From assembly GCF_006345805.1 (NCBI RefSeq), contig NC_042998.1, positions 164,858,001 through 164,922,000 on the forward strand: 64,000 nucleotides of DNA, in the 5' to 3' direction. This document shows, in pieces, positions 37,113 through 51,092 of this stretch (the first letter of the stretch is position 1; each line of letters starts with the position of its first letter). The notes beneath the pieces were generated by a model. The model saw only the letters and a list, made by a program, of their open reading frames with translations, was not told where the DNA came from and did not search any database. The translations under genes and the position numbers were made by a program. This stretch comes from Octopus sinensis. Its lineage: Eukaryota.

Positions 37113-37260
37113 TAAAAAGCATTCGTGAAGTAAATCATATAGCAACACCAATGGCGGTGCCCCAGCATGGCCACAGCTCGTGAGCTGAAACTAAATAAAA
37201 TTTTAAAATTTTTAAAATAATAAAATATATACATATATATAATATATAATACATATATTA

Positions 37261-37300
<40 letters not shown>

Positions 37301-37593
37301 ATATATTTCTATATATGCATATATATAGTAGTATATATTATATATGTGTGTATGTACGTGTATATCTATGTAGGTATATGTATATATGTGCATATATGTG
37401 TGTGTGTATAGAATGTATCTAGATATATATACAGATACGCACATGATGTGTATTTATGTATATGTTTTTCTGTGCGCGTATATGTGTATGTGCGTGTGTC
37501 TATATGTGTCTGTATGTCAGTGAGAACTGTTTTTACAAAAATCTATTGCACCTGGCATACAGGATTGTGATATAATATATTTGTGATCTAGCT

Positions 37594-37693
37594 NNNNNNN
37601 NNNNNNNNNNNNNNNNNNNNNNNNNNNNNNNNNNNNNNNNNNNNNNNNNNNNNNNNNNNNNNNNNNNNNNNNNNNNNNNNNNNNNNNNNNNNN
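37594..37693. other. Assembly gap (100 N)
   Basis: Run of 100 n; true distance and orientation across it are unknown. Confidence 0.99.
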
Positions 37694-37979
37694 AACACAA
37701 CTACTACTACTACACAACAACAACAACAACAATGAAAATAATGATGTTTCAATAGGTGGCTGATTACAATTCCTATATTTGCTTAAAGTGATTTGTAATG
37801 TCTATAAGACCACTTATATTCACTGCATGCTTTTTTTATTTTTTGTATTTAGATTTAAAATTAATTACTTATTAAAATCTACCACTGTTGATTGATGTTC
37901 AGGAATATAGGAAATATCTGCACAGTTCAGAATTATCAGCACGTATAAAATAAATAAATAGAATAGAATAAAGATAATG

Positions 37980-38012
<33 letters not shown>

Positions 38013-38557
38013 GTAATAGTAATATAATATAATAATAATAATAATGATAATAATAATAAATAATATTAGCAACAGCACCAAAAGAACATCCATTATGATA
38101 ATGTTTTCAAGTTTCCGCTAAGACTGCGTTAAAACCGTTATTCTGAGAAGTTAGACTCTGACAATTTGCATAATGATCAGACATTTAGAGTAGGTATAGT
38201 ATTCGTTTACATCTTTCTCATTACCACAAAAATGATGGGGAGGATGATGATGATGAAAGCGGTGGTAATGGTGGCGGCCGTGGTGGTGGAAATGATGTTG
38301 ACGGTGTTTATCAACAGACTAGTCAACATAAATATTAGTAGAATTACGATCACTATACTCTTCTTCTTCTTCCTCCTCCTCCTCCTCCTCCTCCTCCTCC
38401 TCCTCCACCACCACCACCTCCCCTCCTCCACCACCACCTGAGTGTATTGGTATGTAACTCTCTTAGTGTATGTGTGTATGCATATGCATGCATATGTGTT
38501 TATGCATATGCATGCATATGTGTGTGTGTGTGTGTGTGTGTACTGCAATAATAAATA

Positions 38558-38736
38558 CCTATTTCTTTATTACCCACAAGGGGCTAAACACAGAGGGGAC
38601 AAACAAGGACAGACATAGGTATTAAGTCGATTACATCGACCCCAGTGCGTAACTGGTACTTAATTTATCGACCCCGAAAGGATGAAAGGCAAAGTCGACC
38701 TCGGCGGAATTTGAACTCACAACGTAACGCAGACGA
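38558..38736 (-). mobile_element. SINE family B, head truncated
   Basis: CCTATTTCTTTATTACCCACAAGGGGCTAAAC...GGCAAAGTCGACCTCGGCGGAATTTGAACTC. Confidence 0.9.
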
Positions 38737-39364
38737 CCAGTCCTGTGACACAGCTATACAGGGTATCCTGGCCGAAGAAATGTATTTCGCCAGTTTACAC
38801 ACACAGAGGAACACACATATAACTCCACACATACAACCCCACGCACCCACACATTCATACAAGCATATACACACACGCACATACACCCACGTACACGTAC
38901 ACACACACACAGACGCATGCACACACACCACACACAAAACATACACACATAACATATACACACACACGCACTCACAGACTTCAAACTGCCAGTCAAACAC
39001 CTTTCTACTGACCATTCCTGTACGCACATGTGGAGAGACGCATAACTACACAAAGGACCACCACTCCTGTAACCATGCTGCTGAATTCTTCCTACGACGT
39101 CAAGAGACACAAAGTTGACTCACGCATACGCATATAAACACCCAAAACCACACAAACAAACACACGCGCACACACACACGCAAACAGACTTGCGCGCACG
39201 TAGATATCTACAAATACATACCGATACCTCCTTCTCTTACACTCTCCTTTCTTAGAAAGAACTTCACTCATTCCCTTCCGGTCACTTCAAAATGTAACCA
39301 CATGTGGATCATTGACGATTTTCTCCTCCGTCTTCCCTTTCTCTTGGAATTTTCTCCGTCTCCA

Positions 39365-39500
39365 GTTTCTGACGATGAACTTTCGCTCGAAACGTAAAAC
39401 CACCTTTCTTTCCTTCCCTGAGCGTCTGCTAATACTTTGCATGTACCACGTCCTCGCGCTGTTGTTTTTTCTTGTGTTCGTTCTTTGTTTTTTTTGGTGG
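39365..39500 (+). mobile_element. Hammerhead-headed mini-element, copy 2 (canonical CUGACGA core)
   Basis: GUUU-CUGACGA-U-GAAC-UUUC-GCUC-GAAA-CG-U-A-AAAC plus a tail ending GGATTTAC(TA)n. Confidence 0.72.
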
Positions 39501-39530
39501 GATTTACTATATATATATATATATATATAA

Positions 39531-39754
39531 TAAATGCGCTCTTTTAAAGTCTAGCTAGGCTCATGGGCCCGGTTTCCCCAGTTGGACGGGACGCCAGTCC
39601 ATCGCAGCGTTACTCATTTTTGCCAGCTGAGTGGACTGGTGCAACGTAAAATGAAGTGTTTTGCTCAAGAATACAACGCGTCACCCGGTCCAGGAATCGA
39701 AACCACAATTTTATGATCATGATGCTGACACCCTAAACACTAAGCCACGCACCT

Positions 39755-39756
<2 letters not shown>
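39531..39756 (-). mobile_element. SINE with a family D head and a different tail
   Basis: ACTCATTTTTGCCAGCTGAGTGGACTGG...GCTCAAG.A.ACAACGCG as in the 17625 copy; the tail GGGCCCGGTTTCCC...GGGACGCCAGTCCATCGC differs. Confidence 0.8.
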
Positions 39757-39814
<58 letters not shown>

Positions 39815-41063
39815 ACGCACACGCTCAGAGAGAAGGAGAGTGAAAGAGAGACAAGGCAGGACTGTATGGGAACTGCATAAAGATACAAACATGTCTATAG
39901 GTCTGTAAATATGTATTTACTATTTATTTTGTATCTGAAACTGTACGTTATGTGTCTTATGCATACATGTTGTGTATTTGTTGTATATATATAGTCATTG
40001 GACACATATGCTATCTTTTTTTCTTTTATGTGGTTCAGCCAGTGAACCACAGGGTACTGCCATGAAGGCTTGAGTCGAAGAAAGCGATCCCCGTATTTAT
40101 TTGATTTTACAGTCAGTCATATTCTGTTTGTCACCTTTGCTGAACCCCTAATATACGAGGACGTAAACAAACCACACCAGCTGTCATGCGGGTAGGGACA
40201 AAACACAGACACAAAGGTACATACAACACACACACGCGCGCGCCACACACACACATAATAGGCTTCACAGTTTTCACCTACCAAATTCACTCACAAGGTG
40301 TTGATCTCCCTAGAGTTATTGCTCAAGGTACAGTGCAGTGGGACTGAACTCGGAACCACATAGCTGTGAAACGAGCTTCTTAACCGCGCTGCCATATTTG
40401 CGTTCATTATGTGTACGTCATGACAATTTGTAAGATATCTTGTGCTGTGTTTGAGTGTATGCATGTGTGTATTGTGTGTGTGCATGACTATGTGAATCTG
40501 TGTGCATATGTATGTGTCTATATGCGTGATTCTGAGAAATATGTGTGCAGCTAATGCGAGTGGTTTTGCATATTTGCATGGTATTCGCTGCTATTAAATT
40601 AAATGCATGATGTATGTATGCCATGCGTGGGCGTGCTAGGTTATGTGTGTGTGTGTGTGTGTTCGTGCACCATTAGGAAAATGTGGGGGACGTGCGTGTC
40701 GTGTTCGTGTCACTATGCTTCCGTTTGCAGGTCGAAACCTGTCTGGGTATATCATTAGTTTGTAACGACATGTATGACACACGGAAACAACGACGGCTAC
40801 GAAGACAACAGCAACAGCAACAATATTCCAAGGAGAGGAAGAAGAAGAAGAAGGAGGAGGAGGAAGGAGATCATAATATTTAATAATGGCATTCAATAAT
40901 GATTCCTCTTTGGAATTTTTGGGAAGCACGTAGATGTAAATGGGGAACAGAAATGAGAATGGGAATTGAGTAGAAAGGACGGGAGAAGCTATGCCAAGTC
41001 TGGCATCAGATCTGCTGATTAAAGATAGAAATAAATGGAGAGGAAGTGAAACGAGATAGAAAG

Positions 41064-41128
<65 letters not shown>

Positions 41129-41140
41129 TGTGTGTGTGTC

Positions 41141-41183
<43 letters not shown>

Positions 41184-41247
41184 AGAGGATAAAAGAATAT
41201 AAATGAGAAATAGAGAATTGCTAATCTTAATGAAGAATGCTTGCTTA

Positions 41248-41292
<45 letters not shown>

Positions 41293-41484
41293 ATATATAA
41301 TATATACTTTACATATATATATGTGTGTATATATATATATATCATTTATCTATCTATCTATATATATATATATATATATTTATATATACTTTACATATAT
41401 ATATATGTGTGTATATTATATAATTTATATATATATGTAATATAAATATATATATATAAGTATAAGTGCGTGTGTCTTTTGTGC

Positions 41485-41520
<36 letters not shown>

Positions 41521-42191
41521 TTGTGAAAGAGAGATTAGATAAATAGCTATACACAGGTAGTCACAGACTATATATATACATATATATATATATTTATTTA
41601 TTTATTTATATTTATATCTATATATACACGCGCGCACACACACACACATACAATCAAAGACGACTGGAAAGAAATAAAAGAAAGGAGTAAAGAAGATACA
41701 AAGACAGACATAATGAAAAGGAAACAAAAAGCAAGAAAGAAGCAGTAAAAGCTAAAATAATAAAGGAAACAAAAATAACAAAACAAAATGGAAGTTATTG
41801 CCGCTGGATATTGCTGATGTCGCATCAAATATCAGAGCAAGACAGGAGGCAGGAGATGAGATATTGTTGTCCAGCGTGGAGGAAGGATTAGAAAGAATGT
41901 GGAAAAAAACTATGAAATTAATTATAGATAGCAGAATCTGTGATGATGGCTTGAAAACGACAAATAAAAATATATAAATATATAAATAAATAAATAATAC
42001 AAAATAATAATGGAAAAAAAAGAAATATATAGAAAATGAAGAATATCAAAAGCAACAAAAAACAATAGCAACAACAATAATAATAATAATAATAATAATA
42101 ACAATAAAAGAACAACTGTAATAGCAACAGTAACAAGGAATATAAAATATTTATATAAACGTGTATATATATGTATATATATATATATACG

Positions 42192-42261
<70 letters not shown>

Positions 42262-43204
42262 GTGTATATATATATATGTATATGTGTATATATATATGTA
42301 GATATATATGTGTGTGTATATATATATATATGTGTGTATGCATGTATGTTTACGTGTAGATATATATATGTATGAATATATATATTTATATATACGTGCG
42401 TATTTGTGTATATATATATATATTTATATATATACGTGTATATGTATATATATAATATATATATATATATATATGCATGTTTATGTGTGTTTTTAGATAT
42501 ATACATGTGTATGCATGTATATATATATATATAATGCGCATCAAAGAGACAATGAAAACAAAAAGAAAATAAAACTACATGGAAAACAGAAAGGAGTAGC
42601 AGCAATACCAACAACAGCAATAACGTGAGCAACAAGAAATAACCTAAGAGAAGGTAAAGAAAATATAATAATAGATAAATAAAATAACATAGAATACCCC
42701 ATCAAAACCAAGCAAAGCAAATCAGGGATAAAATCTCACACATACTAGACAAAAAAAAAAAAAAAAAAAATCTAAAGCTAAAGAAAACTAAAAATAAATA
42801 AAACACAAGCAGCTATGATAGAAAACCGTACCAAAAAGTTATTCACAGAATGAAAGCCTATCGTAAAATTTCTCTTACTGTATTGGATGTGATCTTGTTA
42901 TTTTTCAATTTTTGTGGAGCTTTTGTATACGTTTTTCTTTAGCGTACGGCTTTGCAAAGATAGCCATCTCTTGGATGCAAAAAGCGATGCTGTCTCTGCT
43001 TCATGTTTATTTATCAATGTTTCATTAATAACCTTACCGTGAAGTAGATACAAAAGAGGATGTTATAACGGTTGGCGGTGTGCGTGGTTGTGTTGTGATT
43101 AGTGGGTATGTTTTTTCCTTGTGTGATTTCTTTGTACGTAGTGGGTGTAAAGTGAGTGTCCGTACGTAGAATCCGTAGTGGGTAATAGTATGAAAGGTTC
43201 CGTT

Positions 43205-43425
43205 AGGTATGTAAAGTAGTGGGTTAGCGGAATCGTTTGAGTATTGAATTTGATGCGGATCTTCACTTTTTGAGTTCGAATCTCCTGTGGTAAGACGCTT
43301 GCTTCCCAACCAGATGGTTTTGCATGCAGTCCCACTGCGTGGCACCTTGGGAAAGTATCTTCCACTATAGCCTCGAGCCTACTGAAGCCCTCATAACTTT
43401 CTTATTTTTCGGAGAGAAGCACGTC

Positions 43426-43494
<69 letters not shown>

Positions 43495-43700
43495 ACTGAC
43501 CCCTACCACCGCTAGAAAGCTAGAAAATCGATACTGGGGAGTTTACGTCCCTATAACCTGGCATTTTGTCAGAAGAGACCGATAGAATATGTACTAGGCT
43601 TCAGAAATATAAGTCCTGGAGTCTATTTGTTCGACTGAAACCTTTCGAGGATGATGCCCCAGCTTGACCGCTGTCAAATGAGTGAAAAAAGCAAAATGTA
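43205..43700 (+). mobile_element. Chimeric SINE: extra ~85-bp tRNA-like leader fused to a family A body
   Basis: AGGTATGTAAAGTAGTGGGTTAGCGGAATCGTT...GAGTTCGAATCTCCT-GTGGTAAGACGCTTGCTTCCC; close inverted copy at 47125-47400. Confidence 0.8.
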
Positions 43701-44482
43701 AAAGGTTCCAGGGCTCATACAATAAATCATCTGTCAAAAACTAAAGTGAATTTACTCAACTGATTCAGCTGTCTTGCAGATTTCTTCCAGCAAAAGACTA
43801 TGGTTGACGATGTTTCAGGGCCAAAGAGGGCATAAGCCCTAACTTCCACAATATTTCGATAATAACAATAACAGATAGAATTAAAGAATTTTGTACATTA
43901 ACTGCCGATACGTTTCACTTACTCAATCCTCTTTGTCTCTGTCTTTCACCCTTATGAAATAGATCTTTTATTTGTTTTTTGTTTTGCTATTGCCGAAACT
44001 GATCCCGTCTGGCTTGGCTGTTGATTGGTCAATGTTGCTAAACCGGTCATAATAACGACTAAATTGTCACCAAATGAAATATATTTTGAACTCTAAGAAG
44101 CATTTAACTGGTTTTATTCCTATTTTGATTAACCGGCTTAAATCATATCTAAGATGCTATGATGTTTTTTTGAAGAAAAATCATACACATTTAATCTATT
44201 TGCATAATGTGGACACGCCCACGAAGTAATAAAAGTCCCAAATTTTAAACAGTCACACGAAAAAGGAACAAACGGAAAATTCAGAGACGGGACATTGCTA
44301 ATTCTTCGTCGTTTATCGTCCAAAAGGTCCCGTCCTTACAATATCACGCCTTTCATGATGTTGTGTACTTTTGGTAGCGTCAGCAGCAAGAAGCTGCAGG
44401 GAATAGCGAACTAACGTCGAGGAAGAACACTAACGTAAACACGACACAAATGTGAATATACAGACAAAATAAAATAAATATA

Positions 44483-44894
44483 GGCGCAGGAGTGGCTGTG
44501 TGGTAAGTAGCTTGTCTACCAACCACATGGTTCCGGGCTCAGTCCCACTGCGTGGCACCTTGGGTAAGTGTCTTCTACTATAGCCCCGGGCCGACCAAAG
44601 CCTTGTGAGTGGATTTGGTAGACGGAAACTGAAAGAAGCCCGTCGTATATATGTGTATATATATATATATGCGTGTGTGTATTTGTGTGTCTGTGTTTGT
44701 CCCCCTAGCATTGCTTGACACCCGATGCTGGTGTGTTTATGCCCCCGTTACTTAGCGGTTCGGCAAAAAGAGACCGATAGAATAAGTACTGGGCTTGCAA
44801 AAGAATAAGTCCCGGGGTCGAGTTGCTCGATTAAAAGGCGGTGCTCCAGCATGGGCTCCAGTCAAATGACTGAAACAAGTAAAAGAGTAAAAAG
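44483..44894 (+). mobile_element. SINE family A, full length and little decayed
   Basis: GGCGCAGGAGTGGCTGTGTGGTAAG...GGGCTCAGTCCC...central (TA)/(TG)...AAATGACTGAAACAAGTAAAAGAG. Confidence 0.95.
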
Positions 44895-45004
44895 TGTATA
44901 CATTATACAAACAAAATAAGGTTCTAAGATGAGATTAATATATGGGTAACGCAAAGGGAAGGAAAATGTCCTATAGGATAGGAATATTCGTCTATTCATT
45001 TACA

Positions 45005-45402
45005 TACTTTACTCACTTGACTGCGGAAATGCTGGAATACCGCCCTGAAAGGAATTTAATCGAAGAAATCGACCTCAGCATTTATTCTTTGCAAGCCTAG
45101 TACTTATTCTATCGGTCTCTTTTGTCAAACTGCTAAGTTACAGAAACGTTAGTAAGCCAGCATCTGTTGTCAAGTGATGGTGGTGGTGGTGGTGATGGGC
45201 AAACAGAGTCACGCACGCGCACACGCACACAGAGACATACACACACACGCGCACACACATATATATATATATACTTTAGTTTCCGTCTACCAAATCCACT
45301 TACGGTCGGCCAGATGTTACAGTAAAAGACACTTGCCCAAGGTGCCACTGAGTGGAACTGAACCCGAGACCATGTTGTTGGGAAGCAAGCTTCTTAATAC
45401 TC
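45005..45402 (-). mobile_element. SINE family A, inverted relative to 44483-44894
   Basis: GTTTCCGTCTACCAAATCCACT...GACACTTGCCCAAGGTGCCAC...GGAAGCAAGCTTCTTAA. Confidence 0.85.
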
Positions 45403-46100
45403 AGTATATATATACATCTATTCCTTTATGCAATTATCTTACTGGATACTTGATTTCAATGAGTGTTCCAGTAGTTAAATTCTGCTTCACTGTATTTTTT
45501 AGTATGAAAGTTGTCGTAAAGCTTCGTGAGTTCGATATTATGAATTTTTTGGTCTTTAGAGTTAGATATTCCTCACTGCAGTTCCAAGAAAATTATTCTA
45601 TAAGTATATTGCTTTCTTTCCCATGAGTTAATCATATTATCTGATACGTTTTGAGCGCGTGCAGTCATGTAGGCGTGTGAAAACGCGTTAGGCGGGATGT
45701 TGTTAGTCATTGTAAAAAGTCTGCCATACTTAAGTAACAGCATAGCTTTGAGACCCAATTATATCTCGTATGGGCTGTTGTATATTGTTGCAGTATAACG
45801 CATTTCTTGTAATCTAAGCTGTTGGTGGTAAGCTTTTGGAAATGTCAGCTTCATCAAATGCAATGATGCAAAGATATTTCTTTCAGAAAAAAATAAGTTG
45901 TGTGATTATGATGATAAGTTAAACGGTTATCGTATATCCAAAATTATTCTTCGGACACTTTAGAAGACAGTTTCTTTTTTTTTTTCAGAATCAAAATACT
46001 GCATTTTTTTAGTTAGTGGTTGAACGTTTCAAAATAATAATAAAAGCTATTTTATTTGCGCGTCGAAAAGTGAATTTATATGATAACTTGATAAGAGTCT

Positions 46101-46304
46101 TTTCTATTCTAGGCACAAGGCTTGAAATTTTAGGGGAGAGGGCCAGTCGAGTAGATTGACCTCAGTACGCAACAGGTGCTTAATTTATCGACTTCGAAAG
46201 GCAAAGTCGACATCGGCGGAATTTGAACTAAGAACGTAAAGACAGACGAAATACTGCTAAGCATGTCTCCCGGCGTGCTAATGTTTCTGCCAGCTCGCCG
46301 CCTT
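46101..46304 (-). mobile_element. SINE family B
   Basis: GGCAAAGTCGACATCGGCGGAATTTGAAC...GCCAGCTCGCCGCCTT. Confidence 0.88.
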
Positions 46305-47124
46305 AATAGCTTGAGGAGAATGTAAAAAGAATTATATAGAACAAACCGGAATGAAAATGAGAAAGCGAATTCACTACATCGCGGGCGAATTCGATCTTCT
46401 AGTTATAGACAAATATGTTTCAGTGAACACACATATATATTTGGAATCATCGACCAAATTTTAAAATAGATTTTTTAAATCTATTTGAACATGAAGCGAT
46501 AAATAAGAAGACTGTATTTACTGAAAAATACTGACTACGTTCAAATATTCATATTTGATTAATTTATATCTTTATTCGCATTATGAATTGAAGGAAAGGA
46601 ATATTCCACTTATTACCTGTCTCGTTAATAATAACAATCATCTATGTACATAAAATATAAGCTTAAAGTTCGCATTTTGGCAGGAACACGAGGGTTTATA
46701 GAAAGAGTTTATGTAGTTATAGCTTTACGCAGATGTAAGAAAATAAATGGCGAAATAAATAAAAATCATCAAGTAAGTAAAAGACTGAACAAATCTTTCG
46801 ATTTCTGGAAACATACATAGTTATTCTATGGCCCAAGGTAACTACAATTTGCACATCTAAGACGAAAGTATTCGTTGTGATGACGTCTTTTCTGTACATC
46901 GAGTCGAGACTACATCTTCGAATACATACTTGAACTATATATATGTGTGTGTTTGTGTGTATGTGTGCGTGCGTGTGTGTGTGTGTGAAAGAATGAATAT
47001 TATGATTTTGCTTAGGTATAACAATACTAATAACTTGTTAGAACTCAATATACGTATTCTTTCGAATAAAGCATGAGGGCAGCTGAAAGTGTAATTCGAA
47101 TTAATTGAATGGCAAGAAGAAGAA

Positions 47125-47400
47125 GGTCAGTCACACACACACACACACCACACACATGCAGATATATATCTATATATACGACGTGCTTCTTTCCGAAAAA
47201 TGAGAAAGTTATGAGGGCTTTAGTATGCCCTAGGCTATAGTGGAAGACACTTGCCCAAGGTGCCACGCAGTGGGACTGAACGCAAAACCATCTGGTTGGG
47301 AAGCAAGCGTCTTACCACAGGAGATTCGAACTAAAAAAGTGAAGATCCACATCAAATTCGATACTCAAACGATTTCGCTAACTCACCATTTTACATACCT
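47125..47400 (-). mobile_element. Second copy of the chimeric SINE, tail truncated
   Basis: Reverse complement of 43205-43500, including the leader. Confidence 0.82.
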
Positions 47401-47664
47401 GTCAGCTTCATTAGAATACATAAGCATTCAACGTTGCATACCCTACTTCTTAAAGCAGAAACAGCCGTAAGATAATGAAGTTAATTTCGCACTTTCTGTT
47501 CCCTCGTCATTTCATTTATTTTTACGTATATGTGTATACATTTTTTTTCGTTTGTTACTCGTCTGTTAGTTTCTCATATGTGCGTGTAAGACATATATCC
47601 AAGTTGTTGCACTTAGAATTCGAACCTGGAAAACTAATGAATATCCTCCATAAAATTTTACACA

Positions 47665-48050
47665 GCAGGAGTGGCTGTGTGGTAAGTAGCTTGCCTACCA
47701 ACCACATGGTCTGGGTTAAGTCCCACTGCGTGGCATCTTGGGCAAGTGTCTTCTGCTATAGCCTCGGGCCGACCAATGCCTTGTGAGTGGATTTGGTAGA
47801 CGGAAACTGAAAGAAGCCTGTCGTATATATGTATATATATGTATGTATGTGTATGCATATGTGTGTTTGTCCCTCTAGCATTGCTTGACAACCGATGCTG
47901 GTGTGTTTACGTCCCCGTCACTTAGCGGTTCGGCAATAGAGACCGATAGAATAAGGCTTACAAAAAATAAGTCCCAATCGATTTGCTCGACTAAAGGCGG
48001 TGCTCCAGCATGGCCTCAGTCAAATGACTGAAACAAGTAAAAGAGTAAAG
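47665..48050 (+). mobile_element. SINE family A, full length
   Basis: Close match to 44483-44894. Confidence 0.93.
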
Positions 48051-48396
48051 AGTAGAGTGAAGTGATTCCTTTCTCTCAGCTTATTTGTTCATAATCCTCT
48101 CTTTCTTTTTCTCTCTGGTACACGTAATCCCGTTTTCATTCACTATCAGTCTTTCACATTCATACCCTTACTCACAAATACATGAATTCTTTCTCCAACT
48201 CTTTGCCATACAGTTCCACTCTTCCCCTCTACTCTTCTATCATACTGCCGATAATGGAACTAGTGGCTGAAATTAATCACTATCCAAATGAGTATTAATT
48301 TCTCTGTTTAAAAAGACTTGTGTTTATCTATACTGCTTTCTGTGTCTATATCTGTATGTAGATGTCTGCTTGCATGTATGCATATATGCTTATATA

Positions 48397-48441
<45 letters not shown>

Positions 48442-48847
48442 ATATATTATATATATATATATATATATATGCATGTATTTATGTATATGTATGTATTTAT
48501 GTGTGTGTGTGTGTGTGCGTGAATGCGTACATATATACATATATGTATGTGTGCATGCAAGTGTGAATGCGTGTAACCTGTTTTGCAAGCAGTTATATAT
48601 CTACGTGTGCATATAAGAATGTGTATGTATGTATGTATGTATGTATGTATGTATGTATGTATTTATATGTATGTATGTATTTATATATATATATATATAT
48701 TATATATATATATATATATGTACGTAAGTCTGTGTGTCGTGTATGTTATTTTGTGCGTCATAGTTTTTATGGCCTAAACAATTTGTGGCGCGTGTATTTG
48801 AAGGTGTGTGTGTTTTTGTGCTTGTGTGTTTGTGTGTGTGTGTATGT

Positions 48848-48879
<32 letters not shown>

Positions 48880-50790
48880 AAAGTCTTGAGGTTTTTAAGA
48901 TATCTTTAACCACTTATAGAACAAGATGTGATGTCAAGTTAATACCTAATAAGCTAACAGGAAGCTTTCATTTCTTCGCAACACACACACACATAAACAC
49001 ACACGCACGCACGCACACACACACATACATATATACATATGTCATACATGTATATCATACATAAGTGCATTTGTGCTTATATGCAGATGATAATATATGT
49101 GTAATTTTAAATGGATTATTTAGCTAAATGCTTAAGGCTGTCCTATTAGATATTTCAAAATTATTTTGTTTGTGGTGCATTTCATCTTATTTACTAATTT
49201 ACTAAATTCTTAAGATTTCTTAAAGTGCTGAAGAAATCTTCATACTGGAAACGTTTTTGTCGACATTACATTCTCAATTTCTATAATTGGATTTCAACCT
49301 TCTTTCATTTTTCTTTTTCCACGGAAGCAATCGTAGTTTAACTTCATAACTCATCGATTTTCTTCTCTATTTTTTTTGTACCATAATTGACTTATATGAA
49401 TTAGCGAAGTAAGTAATATGACAAGCTAACACTATGTAAAAAAAAAAGTAATTTAAACAAACCTACATACTAGAAATCTCAACATTTCCAGTGTACTTCA
49501 AAATATTCTAAGATTTTATAAGAAATTAATTTTGCTAATATTAAAACTATAAAAATATAAATTGTTGCGAAAATTTAAATGCAATTGCTTCGAAAGAAAA
49601 AAAACTTGCAAATCCTGTTATATATACTCACATAGAGTCTCACACGCAGGAACATAAAAAGTGACACATACGCATTATCAATGCGAAATTAAAATTATTA
49701 ATTTTAACGCAAGTTCAAAAATAAACACAATATTTACTAACTGGAAGACATTATACTGAAGGCACTGCCAAATCTACAAAATTCGATTTGACTGAAATTT
49801 TAAGTTTTATCTGATGGCTCCTTCAACTTGGGTACCTGAACAAGCGTCCATACTAAGTTTAAATTTTCACTAATAGTAAAATTTAATAATACCTACCTGT
49901 CTGTCTATCTATCAATATATACGCATAAATATACAAACATACATATATATATGCGCGCAAACAAGCGTGGTCATGAGGTGAAATGTTTGCTTACCAAGTA
50001 CTTGGTTTCGGGTGCAGTCACATGCGTTACACCTTAGACAACTGTCTTCTGCTTTTGGCACGGGCCGATTAAAACCTTAAGTGGATTTAGTTGATGAAAA
50101 CTGAAATAAGCCCACACACAAAATCTTCTCTTACTAACCAATGAAGTAACAGTACTTTTAACAATGCCGCTCCAAAAATGGACAATGTCGGGATTGAGGG
50201 ATGGATTGTGTCTCTATACTGTCGGTGGTCAGAACCAAGATGAAGGCAAAATTATAACACTTTCATTTTTACTTCCAGTTCCCTTTATTAATATTTTATT
50301 TGTCTTAGTTCGGGATGGTGATCGTAGGACTGGAGAGACACGGTTTAGTCAGCTTTCTAATTTGTATTTTTTTTCTTTCTCTGTTTTCGTTAAACTTCTA
50401 TAAATCCATTCGACTTTTATAATCAAATTCCTCTGTGTGTGTGTGTGTGTGTGTGTATGCACGTTTGACCGTGTGCATGGATGTTTGTGTGCATGGATGT
50501 TTGTGTGCATGCGCGTGCGTGCATGCATGTGTCTGCACATTTGTGTGTAGTGTGTGTGTGTGTATGTATGTTGCATCAGTAAGTGAGTATAGCGTTGGAC
50601 TCACAATGTTAACATCATGGGTTCGATTCCTGGACCGTGTACAGTGTTATGTCCTTGAGTAAGACCATTTCACATTGCTCCCATTTATTCAGTTGCAAAA
50701 TGTGCACCAATCCACTGCTGACGCGGCCTTCTCTCACCCATATTATTTACATCCTGGCTTGTCAAGAGTGGAAGTACTTATTTTATTTTT

Positions 50791-51092
50791 TAAGCCTGGC
50801 ACTTATTCTATCAGTATTTTTTGCCGAACCGCTAAGTTACGTAAACGCACTAACAGCGCTGATGGGACACACGCGCGTGCACAAGCACACACACGCATAC
50901 ACACATACACACAGACACACACAAATCTATATATACATACACAACGGGCTTCTTTCAGTTTCCGTCTACCAAATCCATTCACAAGGCTTTGGTCTGTCCG
51001 AGGCTATAGTAGAAGACAGTTGCCCAAAGTGCCACGCAGTGGGTCTGAACATGGAACCATGCGGTCGGGAAACAAACTTCAGCTACACCTGT
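50791..51092 (-). mobile_element. SINE family A; degraded A and D heads also at ~49960-50110 and ~50570-50700
   Basis: GGGCTTCTTTCAGTTTCCGTCTACCAAATCCATTCACAAGGCTTTGGTC. Confidence 0.85.

Noticed and set aside
37900-37945. Possible micro-exon (AG-EYRKYLHSSELSA-GT)
   Set aside because: Weak splice sites and no partner exons in the window.
49226-49260. CTGAAGA-AATCTTCATACTG-GAAACGTT; similarly weak motifs at ~48245, ~60135 and ~63016
   Set aside because: No convincing stem I or stem II; cannot be told from chance without a family consensus.
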